Shown here: positions 36,808-49,186 of the stretch, piece by piece
Position numbering within the stretch: position 1 is the first letter of the stretch
Layout: each line of letters starts with the position of its first letter
Source of the DNA: Gekko japonicus
Taxonomy: Eukaryota
Direction: 5' to 3'
Assembly (NCBI RefSeq): GCF_001447785.1
Contig: NW_015165238.1
Span: forward strand, 219,633-283,632
DNA: 64,000 nt
Notes under the pieces: generated by a model
Databases searched by the model: none
Told to the model about the DNA's origin: nothing
Seen by the model: the letters and a program-made list of their open reading frames with translations, nothing else
Program-made: the position numbers and the translations under genes

Positions 36808-38453
36808 TAAGTAAATGAAAAGCAGTATATTGATGACACCTCATTCCAGATCTCTAGATGTTTGCCCTGAATTATTGATGTTAAAAATTTCAAGGATAAA
36901 GACTGAAGAGTGAAGGTCTGCATAGTACAAATGTTGGGGATGTGAAGAGGTCTCTCTACAGCACCATTTTCTGACTAACCCAAACTAGAATGGAAATACA
37001 TCTAGCTGAGTAAGAAAAATACTATAATGATTGTGCTGAAAAGTATGAAGAAGGCTGAAGTACTAATGACAAATTTATTTGACCTGCTCTGGTGAAAGTC
37101 ATCAGTCATCAGTTAGTTCCAACATCTGGTTGAAAAAAATGGATTGAAATGCATTGAGGCAATCGGGTTAATTGCCCAGCCTCCTCAGCAATCTTTTACA
37201 AGAATGACGTGGATATGAGGGAGGGGTCATGTTAACTGTCCATATAATCTGTTCATTCTTGATACTGACCATGGACAGGAAGAGGTGAAGACAGAGTTAT
37301 GGCAAAACCATTATAAAGACCAGAATCATGATATACGGAACAGCAAACAAGCTGAACATCAGGAGGTTTTCTGTAGAGAGGAAGAATGAAGAGCCTGGGG
37401 CATGGACCACTGAGCAACCTTTCCTCACTGTAGTCTCCAGATTAATATGTTATTATATGTTGCCTTTGGAGACTCAGGTTCTTTAACAGAGAAGAATGAA
37501 GGAAGAACAATTTGTTAATTATCATTGGGGAAATATGACTCTCCCAGTGAGAACTCACTGGAGCAGATCTCTGGAGAGGCAGCATACATTTTTTTTTTAA
37601 GCAAGGATTCTTCTAAATAAAAGACTGGAGTATTTTGAAGATGAGTATTGCATCATATGTTTTAGAAGGGGGATTTGCTAATTATTTTGAATGTCCTTCT
37701 CTAAGGTATCAAGAGATTGCTCTCTGTAGACAATCAGTTGCACTCTTCTATAAAGCCTTTTTTGTGTACTGTACTGGTGAAGTGGCAACATATGATTGTT
37801 TCTTTCAGGAAATGTTAGTCATTTATCAGGACGCCAAGACAAATGTGTAATAGCTGTATGGACCTACCTCTCAAACATTCTTCATTGATGCCAGTTGATA
37901 GTTAATGGTAAATATAGTTATTATTATTCTAATGAAACAGTGTAGGACTTGTTTAAAGATTGCATGATTCTCAGAAAATATTTCTGGGAAAATATATAAG
38001 GCTGGATTCAATGATGGTCATACACTGTCAAAAGCATTCCATCAAACTAAGTGTCCTTCTTTTGGTAAATGGGGCCTTCCCCAAGAAAGGCTCATTTGTA
38101 CAAAAGATGGGATTGTGACAATATAAGTTGCTTGTAGATAACATCTAGGTCAGTGTGAAGATGGCTGACGTTCCAATTCAAGCCCAAATCCACACAGAAA
38201 TAGATTCTTCATAATAATAATATTTTAACACTGTTATGAAACCTGAGACTTCATTTCGGGATTCAGAAAGGTTGGGGGGTTGTATTATAATGGTTATGTT
38301 TATGTTTGTTTTTGTTTTCTTTGATTACCAGCTCTTTTCAAGCACTGCTCTCATAAGACAGAAAAACAGGTTTGTTTTGAAGACTGCACTGCATACTTGG
38401 AGGGGAAATTACATTTTAATGACCTTTCACACCATTCCTAATTTGTAAGATAA

Positions 38454-38456
<3 letters not shown>

Positions 38457-38520
<64 letters not shown>
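38457..38520. repeat. (ATT)n microsatellite
   Basis: About 21 perfect units. Confidence 0.95.
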
Positions 38521-38522
<2 letters not shown>

Positions 38523-38828
38523 ATGCCTGGTTAAAACAATGAACAATATAAAACAATATAAAATACAGTATACTTAACCATAGATTTCAAGATGGGGTTC
38601 TGGAGGTTTTATACCAGAACAACGAACCAACAATGTGCGTCCCAACTACACTGTCATCTGCCAAGGAATGTCTCTGGTATCTTGCATGTGTGGTTGGATC
38701 CAACCACTTTTTTCTGGTGGAGAAAAGGTCCCCTTTCACCAACCAGTTACACAGGAGACAATGGGGCATGCATAGACAGTATTTTTGTGTTATGGGGGCT
38801 GTAATAAGGAGGACAAGTTGGCTGGCAT

Positions 38829-39179
38829 CAAGAATCTATGTTGTGTTGGATCTAGACTTCATTTTTTAACTACAGAATGGAATTTCCTTGCTTCCCCTTC
38901 CCAATATAGGCCACTAATCTTCATGAACTGCTGTTCCTGGAAGATAAGGTACCCAAATGAATGGCATGACAGGTGTGTGCAAGAGGAGAGTGAAATTGGT
39001 GGCAAGAAGCTATGTTGTGTTGGATCTAGACTTCATTTTTGAACTACAGAATGGAATTTCCTTGCTTCCCCGTCCCAATATAGGCCACTAATCTTCATGA
39101 ACTGCTGTTCCTGGAAGATAAGGTACCCAAATGAATGGCATGACAGGTGTGTGCAAGAGGAGAGTGAAATTGGTGGCAA
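38829..39179 (+). repeat. 174-bp tandem duplication
   Basis: Units start at 38829 and 39003 with only ~3 mismatches; single copy in paralogous blocks. Confidence 0.9.
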
Positions 39180-39827
39180 TTGCCCACAAACTCTGGATCC
39201 TACCCAGTTTCTGTACTCTTACATGTCATTTAGCTCGTAGCTCCAGCTATTTTCTATTCAGAATACCCACATGATGAGTTGAGGTGAGTTTCATGCACAG
39301 CTGGTTCTAGAACAAGGGGAACAGCTGCAGATCAGAGGGATTCCTAGTCTTAGATTCCACTCCTCTAGTAAACCCTTATAGACTAGGACTTTGCTTGAAG
39401 AAAAATCAGACACCCACTATCAGCCTGACCTACCTCTCAGGTATGGTTGTTAGGATAAAATGGAAGATAAGAAAACAATATAAGTCTTTTCCTGTACCCA
39501 CTGGGGGGAACGGTGCAGTACAAATGAAGTAAAATAAATAAATAAACAATGCCTGCTAGCCATCTTATGGCCCAGCACTAACAATGGATTGCAATATCCT
39601 TTTATAATGTTGTAAACAAGTAAAAATGAGATGGTGTATGACATGAGGTAATGTATGCATAATTAACTTCATAACAGAAAAAATATTTTGGGGTGGTTTC
39701 CCCATGTACAAGTAAAACGCATGAGGGCATTTTTATAAATCTCAGCATTAATTGTGTGAGACAGGGAATAATAATTTCCCTTGGAGACCTTGTGAAGTTT
39801 TAAATTTCATTTTCAGTGATTCAAACT

Positions 39828-40775
39828 ATGACACAAATGGAGACAGATAATAAAACAGCAGTAACTACATTCAATCTTCTGGGATTTGGGAATGCCCCTG
39901 AACTTCAGATTCCTCTCTTCCTCCTTTTCCTAATAATCTACAGTGTGACCATGGCTGGAAACATCATCATCATTGTGTTAGTAATCACGGATCATCACCT
40001 TCACACCCCTATGTACTTCTTCCTTGGAAACTTGTCCTGTTTGGAGACCTTCTACACTTCTACTCTTCTCCCCAGGATGTTGGCCAGTTTCCTGACAGGA
40101 AACAAAACCATTTCTCTTTGGGGTTGCTTTATCCAGCTTTACTGTTTTGGTATGCTTGTGGTTGCTGAGTGCTACCTACTGGCATCAATGTCATATGATC
40201 GGTATTTGGCAATATGTAGGCCCCTCCAATATGCCACTCTCATGAGCAGAAGACTCTGCTTTCTGTTGTCAGCTCTATCTTGGCTTTGTGGGATAACGGT
40301 TATGACTTTAGTAATGAGTTTGATGTCACAGCTGAAATACTGTGGCCCCAATGAAATTGATCATTTCTTCTGTGAATTGACACCAGTGATTAATCTATCA
40401 TGCAGTGACACAACTCTGGTGACACTGGTGGGCCTCACAGTATCATTCATAGATACTGTCCCTTCTTTTCTTCTGACCCTGCTGTCTTACGTTTGTATCA
40501 TTGCTGCCATCATACGAATCCCCACTTCAGATGGGAGGGAAAAGGCCTTTTCCACCTGTTCTTCCCACCTCATTGTAGTTTCCATATTTTATGGCTCACT
40601 GATATTTGTGTATGCCCTACCAAAAAAAGAAGCTCTGAGAGAAGTGGACAAGATCTTCTCAGTCTTCTACACAGTCTTAACTCCGCTAATTAATCCCCTT
40701 ATTTATAGTCTAAGAAACCAAGAGGTAAAAAAAGCTTTAAAAAGAGCCATACATAAGTGTGGGATTTTGAAGTGA
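39828..40775 (+). CDS. Olfactory receptor, intact, 315 aa
   Basis: All OR motifs present; acceptor AG at 39815-16. Confidence 0.96.
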   Translation: MTQMETDNKTAVTTFNLLGFGNAPELQIPLFLLFLIIYSVTMAGNIIIIVLVITDHHLHTPMYFFLGNLSCLETFYTSTLLPRMLASFLTGNKTISLWGCFIQLYCFGMLVVAECYLLASMSYDRYLAICRPLQYATLMSRRLCFLLSALSWLCGITVMTLVMSLMSQLKYCGPNEIDHFFCELTPVINLSCSDTTLVTLVGLTVSFIDTVPSFLLTLLSYVCIIAAIIRIPTSDGREKAFSTCSSHLIVVSIFYGSLIFVYALPKKEALREVDKIFSVFYTVLTPLINPLIYSLRNQEVKKALKRAIHKCGILK

Positions 40776-41079
40776 TTTGTTGGAGATAGAGAGTAATTAG
40801 ATTAAACTCATCTAGAATAAAATCTACAGGGTGGAGCAATTTCTTGTCATGTCCTGTAATAGTTTCCATTTTATTTATATACTTAAGTTTTCAGCTTTAG
40901 TAGTGGTTGGTATAAAGGAATGAAGTAAGAGGGGGGGAAATCCACTTTCTTCCCAAATCCTCTTTATACTGCTTTTGATTTATCTTTGAATCATCTGTCA
41001 ACATGATGATAGTAGTAGGTGTATGTTATGAGCATTTCAGCTACTTCCCCCCCCAAAAATTTTTTTTGATACTTATCAG

Positions 41080-41411
41080 CAGGGGTTGTTTTGTAAAAAA
41101 AGAGCTAGGGGAACTCATTAGCATAACTCATTAGCATATGCCACACCCCCTGACATCAGGGGCCCAGCGGTGGACCTGCAAGGCCGGCGGGAGTGCGAGG
41201 AAGCCCCGCCAAGGCCCTCCCTGGCCCCAGGCAGGCAGGGGTGGGGAGAGGCGGGGAGGAAGCAACTTACCCTCCCTCTTCTCCTGCCTCCTCCTGGCTG
41301 AGTGAGGGCCGGAAGCAGGGTGGCTGGAAGCAGGGGGCAGGGCTTTGTCGTGTGCCCCGCCCCCGCACCTCACCCACTTTGCCCCCACGATTCCCCCCGT
41401 AATGACCTCTG
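41080..41411. mobile_element. hAT-type non-autonomous DNA transposon
   Basis: 8-bp TSD CTTATCAG (41072-79, 41412-19); TIR CAGGGGTTGTT/AATGACCTCTG; a related 5' end lies at ~45226. Confidence 0.85.
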
Positions 41412-41769
41412 CTTATCAGATAGGTATTTATGACTGGTGTGAAAACATCAAATGCATGGCCAATAAGGAAGATTCATAAAATCGTAATTGGAATAGCAAA
41501 TATGTTACTATCAAGCCAAAAAAACAAACAGCTGGTCTTTGATTTTATTGTAAATATTGTGCATTTGTGAACAGTGAAAAACCTTGCAAATCTCTACAGG
41601 CTGATCATAAACAATGGCAGTCAACAGGGAACATTCTCTACCTGTGCCTTTAAATAATGATTTATTTACTGCATTCATACATCCCTTTGAGAATTAATTA
41701 CATTAATGGAAAATTTGGTTTTTTTTCAATCACCAGGAGATTATTCTGAGCACTTTGAACAGCCAAAAA

Positions 41770-42467
41770 CTTAAACTTCATTTCCATGCTAAAGCTAGAA
41801 GTTTTATTACTCACATATTAACTGAGTCCCATCTCTCTCCATGGTTTAGATATGTAGAGGAGAAACTCTCTACAATGGGAATATCCCGGGATTATTTAGC
41901 CCCCTTTTCAGATAAACAAGCCTATGCTATTATTAAACAAAGATTTCTCAACATCAAAAGGCAAGAACTCAGGGAACGTGCAGCCAGCAGATGTTCCCCA
42001 AGTAGGCTGTGGACTTTTGACACGGGCTCTACTGCAAAATATCTGTTAACAGTCCCACACCATCGCAGAGCATACATGCTTGCATGCTTTAATGTTCTGC
42101 CATCAGAGGTGCTTTTAGGAAGGTGCCGCCAGATACCATATGTAGACAGACTTTGTCCTTGTTATCTAGAAGATGTAGAATCCACTACACACCATACTTC
42201 ATTGCCCCCTTTATAGGGATATTCAATCTTGTTTTATTACTCCACTTCTAGAGGGTAAGAGCTGGCATTCTGATGACTCAATTGTTCACTTTCTTCTGTT
42301 TAATTATAATTGCGAAATAATGGAGGTTGTTGCAGAATTTTTATATTATTCAACCAGAAGACGAGGCTTGAATAGCCAAGTGTAAGTGACTGATGCATCT
42401 TAGTATTTTGCTGTATTTCTATGATGTCTTGTGCTTTCAATGCCAACAATGGTTTTTGGTGTGTGTG
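41770..42467 (+). mobile_element. RTE-X/L2-like LINE 3' fragment
   Basis: RRAYMLACFNVLPS..LGR..DRLCPC; (TG)n tail; 14-bp TSD TGAACAGCCAAAAA (41756-69, 42468-81). Confidence 0.85.
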
Positions 42468-44134
42468 TGAACAGCCAAAAAGGGAGAACTACCCCCCACC
42501 CTAGGACAGTTAGAGTTGGGAAGAGAGTTTGGAGGGAAGTTAAGAGCCCTTCCTCCCACCAAGTCAAATTTCTTCAGCTCAATCAGGCTCTACTTTAATA
42601 AGCCTCTCCTCTGAACAGGTCTCTCCACAGCACTATTTTCTGACTAACCAAACTGGAATGGAATTACCAGAATATGGTACCCTACTACATCTGGCTGACT
42701 AAGAAAAATGCTTTACTGATGGTGCTAAAAACTATGAAGACTGAAGTATCAACAAGATATATTCCTTTGACCTGTTCTGGTGAAGATCATCAGTTGGGTC
42801 AAAAATCTGGTTGAAAAAAACATGGATTGAAATGCATCCATACAATTGGGTTAATTGCTCAAACTCCCCAGCAATCTTATACATTTTTTTTAAAAAAAAA
42901 AATCTCTGTTGCGGTATATTGGCAATGATAGGATTAGGGTAGTAGAACCCAAACAGGCTGTGTGAAAATGCACGTGCACCAAAAGCCCAGTTGTATTGTA
43001 TTGAATGGATAGATGTGAATACAGTGAAGAAACCTGCAGGACAGTCACAGAGAGACTGACAAAATGATCATTGAAAACATCAGCTCCATTTACAACCAGT
43101 GAACAGGATGTGAGCTGAGCTGTTGGGTGCTGCATCTTGCACTGGGTAACAATCAAACCCATGGTGTCCCACCATTCTTCTGAGTTGAGTGGCCAGTTCT
43201 GAGGTTCCTAGATTTCTTTTGGGGTGAGTTATGCCTGCCACAGACCACTGTAAGGCTCCTCCATCTCCTGTGATACTTGTTGGGACCCTGCTGTTCTTTC
43301 TCTAACCCAAGGGAGGCTTCTCCAGGGCTCAGAATGGGAGGAAAGAGGGTTGCTCCACTTGGTTCCTCCTCCTTCCTCTTCATCTAAATTCTTAGCTCAC
43401 CACTGGGGCTGGCCAGCCATTACCTCCTGGTTATGGTGTTTCCCGTTAAAAGATGGTTATCCTGTTCCTTCCCTGGTGGCCCTCCAATCACTTTCCTATG
43501 ACACCCTTCTTACCCTTCCTGGGTAACGTGTGGCCTCCCTAGGCTAGGAGTACCAGTTGCCTATCCCCCCACCACCACCTTTGGCTGCTTCTGCCTGGGC
43601 ATGATGGGGTATCTGTCCCTCCCTTACCCTCTCTTCCCCCTGCTAGTCCCAAGGCTGATGGCTAGAGCAGCTTGAAATTCTCACTTGGATGTTTCCCTTG
43701 GGTCTAAGTTTTCAAAATGCCTTCCAAGCCTGGCATGGTAGGGCTTGATGAAATTGGAAATAAAATTAAGGCCAATCATCACTGCGTAATCTGGCCAGGA
43801 GATAATATATAATGCCCCCTGAAGAGGTCTCTCTGTGGTTACTTTGGCTAAAAACTGTATTTTTACAATAGAAAGGCATCCCAATGTTAGCCCAAATGTC
43901 TATTTTGGGTCTATTTCATGGACTATGTTTATATGAAATGAAGCTTGACACACAAAGGCTAGTGAAGAGATTGTGGAACATAGAGTTCAACCCAAGGGCG
44001 CTCACAGACGATGTCAGCTGCATGTGATAATCTACAGCATCCAGCAGGGTGCCAGAGTCATTAAGGTCATCATGTGTATGCAAACATGAAGGTTGACCAC
44101 AAACACAGAAACTCATTAGCCAAACCAGACATCG

Positions 44135-44886
44135 TGTCTTCAGCTAAAGGGTTTATCCTGGAGTTTCCTCCTCGCCAGACAACAATAGAGGTTCCAGTCC
44201 ACATGGCAAGAGATGAGTCAACAGCACGAGGTTCCCAGCACGTACATCCTGCCCCCGCCCAGGTGCCTCCCCTCAAGTTAATCAATAGATTGGAAATCGA
44301 CCCCATAGCCAATCACTGACCCTTAGGGTAGGGCTACCTGGTAATCTGCTTGAGCCCACCCCTCTCCTCCTTGCAAGAGGGTTTAAAACACTGAACACGG
44401 AGCAGTCAATCATCTTCGCTTTGACCAATGACCCCTCTATGTCTGCTTGACCTCTCTTGTCCCCTTGCTATACCAAATCCTCAAATCGCTTTGCCTTAGT
44501 CTGCAGCTAAGGTCATTACACGTGTTTCTGGCTGGTCTAGCTACACGTGTTTCTACCCCTTTTCTCCCCTCTGTCCCACCTCCCGCTGGAAGTTTTAGGA
44601 GCCGCTCTTACGCCGAAGGTAAATATACCCCACCAACGATATTCCTGCTCATGCAACTGTGCTGTAATATTTCTAACTACTTTTCTTAAGTTCTTGTGTG
44701 TAAGTGTGGTTTTATTATTATTCTTGTGTGCTTGAATTGCCAATAGTAAAGAGAAATTGATTTTTACTTCCGTCTCCGTCTCCTCATTGAAGCACTTAGG
44801 CACAGCCCATCCTTCGTATTCACAGACCAGTATCCCGATTAATAAACTGTTCCAATTGCTTATCATAAAGAGCAATTCGGCTAACA
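44135..44886 (+). mobile_element. Possible solo LTR (ERV-like)
   Basis: TG...CA termini, CCAAT boxes, AATAAA at 44841; no TSD found. Confidence 0.4.
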
Positions 44887-44903
44887 CCAAGTTGATGAGA
44901 TCG

Positions 44904-45225
44904 TGTCAGGGTTCCCAGTCAAAACACTCAACAACGTTCCTTCCGAAGTTTCAGTTTATTGAGAGTTAGTACTTGAGACACTATGAACTGTTCTGTCAGG
45001 AATAGCAGGAGAAAGAACAGCTTCTACAATTATATCCCCTTCAAACCAACCCCCGTGATACAGTAAACCCAATAAGCAAGCACCTGTAAACGTGGGCAAA
45101 CTACAACTGTTACATTCCCAGCGGGAAAAGCAGATCCGGCAGAGTCAAGCCTTCAAGGACACCAAACAGATAACAGAGCATAGCAGAAGGGAAGGGAAAG
45201 CAGGGAAGAGGGAGAATGCGCCCCC
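44904..45225 (-). mobile_element. LTR fragment with the same layout as 811-1230, truncated by a hAT end
   Basis: Minus strand has TATAA, AATAAA and a CTGACA terminus in the same order as the 811-1230 LTR. Confidence 0.45.
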
Positions 45226-46071
45226 CAGGGGTCATTTCATAGAAAAAGAGGTACAGGAGCTCATTAACATAACTCATTAGCATAACTTATTTGCATATGC
45301 CACACCCCCTGACATCACCAGAAGTGTGTCAGAAGGCAACACCCACTGCTCAGGCTCCACTGGACTCTTTTGGATTGCTAGCTATGGGGGGGAATGCACA
45401 GATCTGCCCTCACAGAGGAGGGAGAGCTTGTACCTGAATAAACCTTGGACTTAAAGGTGCCACTGGACTGTTTTGGATTGCTATGGGGGGGCTCTGCAAC
45501 TTACCTGGCTGCTTATTGCTCCTTGTGGCCCGAGGCTGCTGGGAGCAGGAGGCGGGGCTTGTTGCATGTGCTCTTTACTGCCGGAGCTCCGTTCCTGTGC
45601 ACTCCTGCAGGAAATGACTCCTGCCCCCCCCCATTCCAGTCCATGGCAGCATTAGCTGACAGATAGGAATGTGGAGCATTAGGTTCTGCAGCCTAACTCT
45701 TCACTTTGTTCACTGTCTCCCAAAACTGAATTTAGGGCTTTAAGAATAGAAACTTTGGAACTCCCTCCCCAGGGAAAATTGTCTGTCACTTTTTATTGGT
45801 GTCTTCCACCAGCAGATGAAGACTTTTTGTTTGTTTCATTTTGCATATCCCCAATAACTACCTTTTCTTCCTGGTTCTGGTATTGTTTGTTTGTTTTTAC
45901 TGAATTATTTTAATATTCTTAATGTTGTTTTTAATTGTTCTAATGTTTTTATGTGCACCACCCTGAGGACCCTGATCAGGTAGAAAGATAGCATATAATG
46001 TTTTAAATAAAATCTGCAAATAAAACTAATAAATTGACAAAACCTTGTTCATCATGGCAAATACATATCAC

Positions 46072-46505
46072 GGCCCCGGTCACACGGGCCGGATATCGTG
46101 GGGGGGGGAGGCGTGGCTAATTGCCCCAGAGGAAACTAAGTCGCAGCAGCCCAAGCACGCAGTTGAGGTCCCGTGGTTCAGGGGAAATGCCAATCAGATG
46201 GGTATCCTGCAGCACGGCACAGAAGTCGCGCCGCTTGATTGCACTAGCAATCGCTCTTTGTGCGCATGCGTTGTTTGGCGCTGTTGCGCAACCTGCAGAG
46301 ACGAACAGCGGCGGGCACCGGATGCCACGTAAGTCCACCGGGAATGCAATCAGATGCCATGCTTTTAACTCCACACCTTTGGTGGGGAGTCACGGGTTTG
46401 CCACGGGAGCACTGCGCTTCCCAGATGTTGGGGTGAGATTGCACCCAGAAAATTCGCGGGACTCCTGTGCCTCTCCTGCAGCAACTTTGTCGTGTGACCG
46501 GGGCC
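46072..46505. mobile_element. PIF/Harbinger-type MITE
   Basis: Perfect 15-bp TIR GGCCCCGGTCACACG/CGTGTGACCGGGGCC; flanks cac/cag. Confidence 0.8.
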
Positions 46506-46567
46506 CAGGTTGATCTTCAGAATAAGTTTTGTGCCATTTCTAAAGGTCACCAAAAGAAGTGGATGCA

Positions 46568-46710
46568 NNNNNNNNNNNNNNNNNNNNNNNNNNNNNNNNN
46601 NNNNNNNNNNNNNNNNNNNNNNNNNNNNNNNNNNNNNNNNNNNNNNNNNNNNNNNNNNNNNNNNNNNNNNNNNNNNNNNNNNNNNNNNNNNNNNNNNNNN
46701 NNNNNNNNNN
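46568..46710. other. Assembly gap (143 N); a second 17-N gap is at 55310-55326
   Basis: Runs of n in the sequence. Confidence 0.99.
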
Positions 46711-47189
46711 ACTAAAGATTTCGAGGTATAAACCGCCCAAGCAGAAAAGCAAAAAACATGAAAGTATCAAATAAATAAATTGTTAATTTTTGTTCTGGTT
46801 GTTCATCTCTAACACCCTTTTGTTGGGGTCAGCACTCAGCAGTCATTTTCTCATCAATGTTCACAACTCTTCAGCTACTTAGTACATCCATATACCCACT
46901 TTGCACAAAGAGAACTGGAGTAGGGAGACACTGACTTTCCAAGGGCCATTAAGTTAGGCTGCAGGAAGATGAAGGAAGAAAGACTTGTAGAATATATTGT
47001 GTAGAATATATATGGAAACAGTTTCCATTACTTGGCTCTAAAACAGGCAGATAAATACTTAGCAATGTGGACAGCCTGTGGGAGACAAAAGCGTATATAT
47101 TTGAAGATGGCCAACTTTTATATTATTGGGAGTGATCTTTCTCATTCTAATCCCAACTCCAATTCTAATTCTTTACAATACTATGCAAT

Positions 47190-47512
47190 TTGCTGTAAAG
47201 CTTTATCAAAGCTTCCTTTACTTCTTATTTGTTCATAGAGTAAACAGTGAGATTGGCAATGCAAATTAGAACACTGCAAAAGAAAAAAATGTTAAGGTAT
47301 TTCAGTATACCATTTTTGGAAAACATGTAGGCAAAGATAAGGGTCCCATAGAAAACTGTAACTTTACTGAGGAGGGAAGAGCAGGTGGAAAAGGCCTTTC
47401 TGGCCTTCTGTCTACATGTGATTGAGGAAATTCTCAGGATACTGGAGATGAAAAAAAGTGTAAGACTTCAGAGTCAAATGAAATGGAATATGAACTGTCA
47501 GGAAAGAGAGGA
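47190..47512 (-). pseudogene. OR pseudogene relic (TM5 to C-tail), paralog of 49187-50167
   Basis: Manual translation: IPFHLTLKSYTF/FISSILRISSITCRQKARKAFSTCSSLLSKVTVFYGTLIFAYMFSKN...VYSMNK*EVKEAL; contains frameshifts and a stop. Confidence 0.85.
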
Positions 47513-48294
47513 TTGTCCTTCTTCTGACAGTACAGTTGAATGCTGAGTTCTGAGTAAATTCCTCCTCTAGCTATAAATCTCAGAAACATTGTTCCACAGC
47601 CTCACAGTAGTGCAAATGACCATAGCACTAATTACTGTTTGGGAGGGTATATGTTTATTTCTCTGTACCCATGCTGTATGGAAATTTGGGATGAAGACAG
47701 GGTTAAGGAGTATACACTTCGTGACATTCCAATTCTAGTATTATTGGGAGTCATATTTTTTTTTTGCCCCAAATATAACCAAATGGTTTCAACTCGGATA
47801 TCTTTATTAGATAGATTATCTCAGACAGATTATAGCCCTACTACCAATGCAGGCTATGATAACAAGCCCTCTGTAGTTTTTCCTTGCCTATGTAGAATGT
47901 TATGTTGACCTGAGCGGTTTCTCTACCACTGTTCCCCTCCCTTACCCTTAGAGTTAAGGTGGTGAAGCCTTAGCCCTGAGGGGAGGGGTCTCCAATTTCC
48001 CTGAGATGCCAGTCAAGGAAGCCCTCCCTCGTCATCATAACATGCCTCATGACACTCACCAAACATCCCTAACTAGAAAAATCACAGACACTATACCAGC
48101 CAACTCCGGTAGGGCTTAACTAGTCTAAATCATGTCTGTTCACATGAATATTGCCTATTCTACAAAGTGAAACTGGCAAAAAAGAAAAATTTCTCAGCTA
48201 ACCAGAAAGGATCACTAAATTCCTGCTCTGCTTTTAAGAAACCTGCTAGTCCTACCATACAAAACAGCACAGGGATTCCACTAAGCATCAAGCC

Positions 48295-48474
48295 CAGGCC
48301 CATAGCCAGGATTTTTAAAGTCAGGGGGCATTTAAATTTCTTAGGGGGCACTGGCTAATCAATTTAATCCAGGGGAGAAGGCCATGACACTCTGGGCTAG
48401 ATGGGAAGTCAGGGGGCCTTGCCAGTAAGTCAGGGGGCCTAGCCCCAAGATGCCCCACTGTAGCTACGGGCCTG
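48295..48474. mobile_element. hAT-type MITE
   Basis: TIR CAGGCCCATAGC/GCTACGGGCCTG; 8-bp TSD ATCAAGCC. Confidence 0.85.
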
Positions 48475-49186
48475 ATCAAGCCTTTATTGCTTACATATTT
48501 CTGCACCCTAGTTGAGAGAGAAGCCTGGTCTCCTCAAAATGCCCACCCACAAGCTTTTTTATTACCTTGTGGGGAGGGGGGGACAGTTTTGAAGCCATGA
48601 ACAGCAGGAGCTGGATTTCCAAAGATTTTAGGGGATGGCCTGAAGCAATTTGATTTCACTCACAGATAAACTCTGGGTTGGGAAATTCCTGAAGATTTGG
48701 GGACAGTACCTGGGAGGGCAGGTTTTGGGGAGGGGAGGGACCTCAATAAGGTGTAATGCTAAAGCAGCTGTTTTCTCCAGGGGTACTGATCTCAGTAGTC
48801 TGGAAATCAGGTGTAATTCTGGGAGATCTCCAGATACCTGGCAACCCTATCAATAAGAGTATCATATATAAAAAACATAAATTTGATAGTACAATATTGG
48901 TTGGTCAGTAAACTCCTTTGCCTTTCCAGAACATGCCTGGGATAGTATTGCAATAACATTTGTATATTACAGAGAGAGTTATTGCTTTGTTTCACTACAA
49001 GTGAATCTGGTTAATCAACATAACAGATAACCTTGCTTTGGGCGGATCTAGTCTGGGAATCAACAGGAAGTATGTGTTCATCCACATAACAAAGTACATC
49101 AATAAAGTATCTTAACTCTGAATCAGAATTCCTAATATTGCGTCAAAATCAGAAGACAGCTCTTTCTCATTCTTAACCCAAAGCTA

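Noticed and set aside
46467-46774. ORFs containing X runs
   Set aside because: Artefacts of the N gap.
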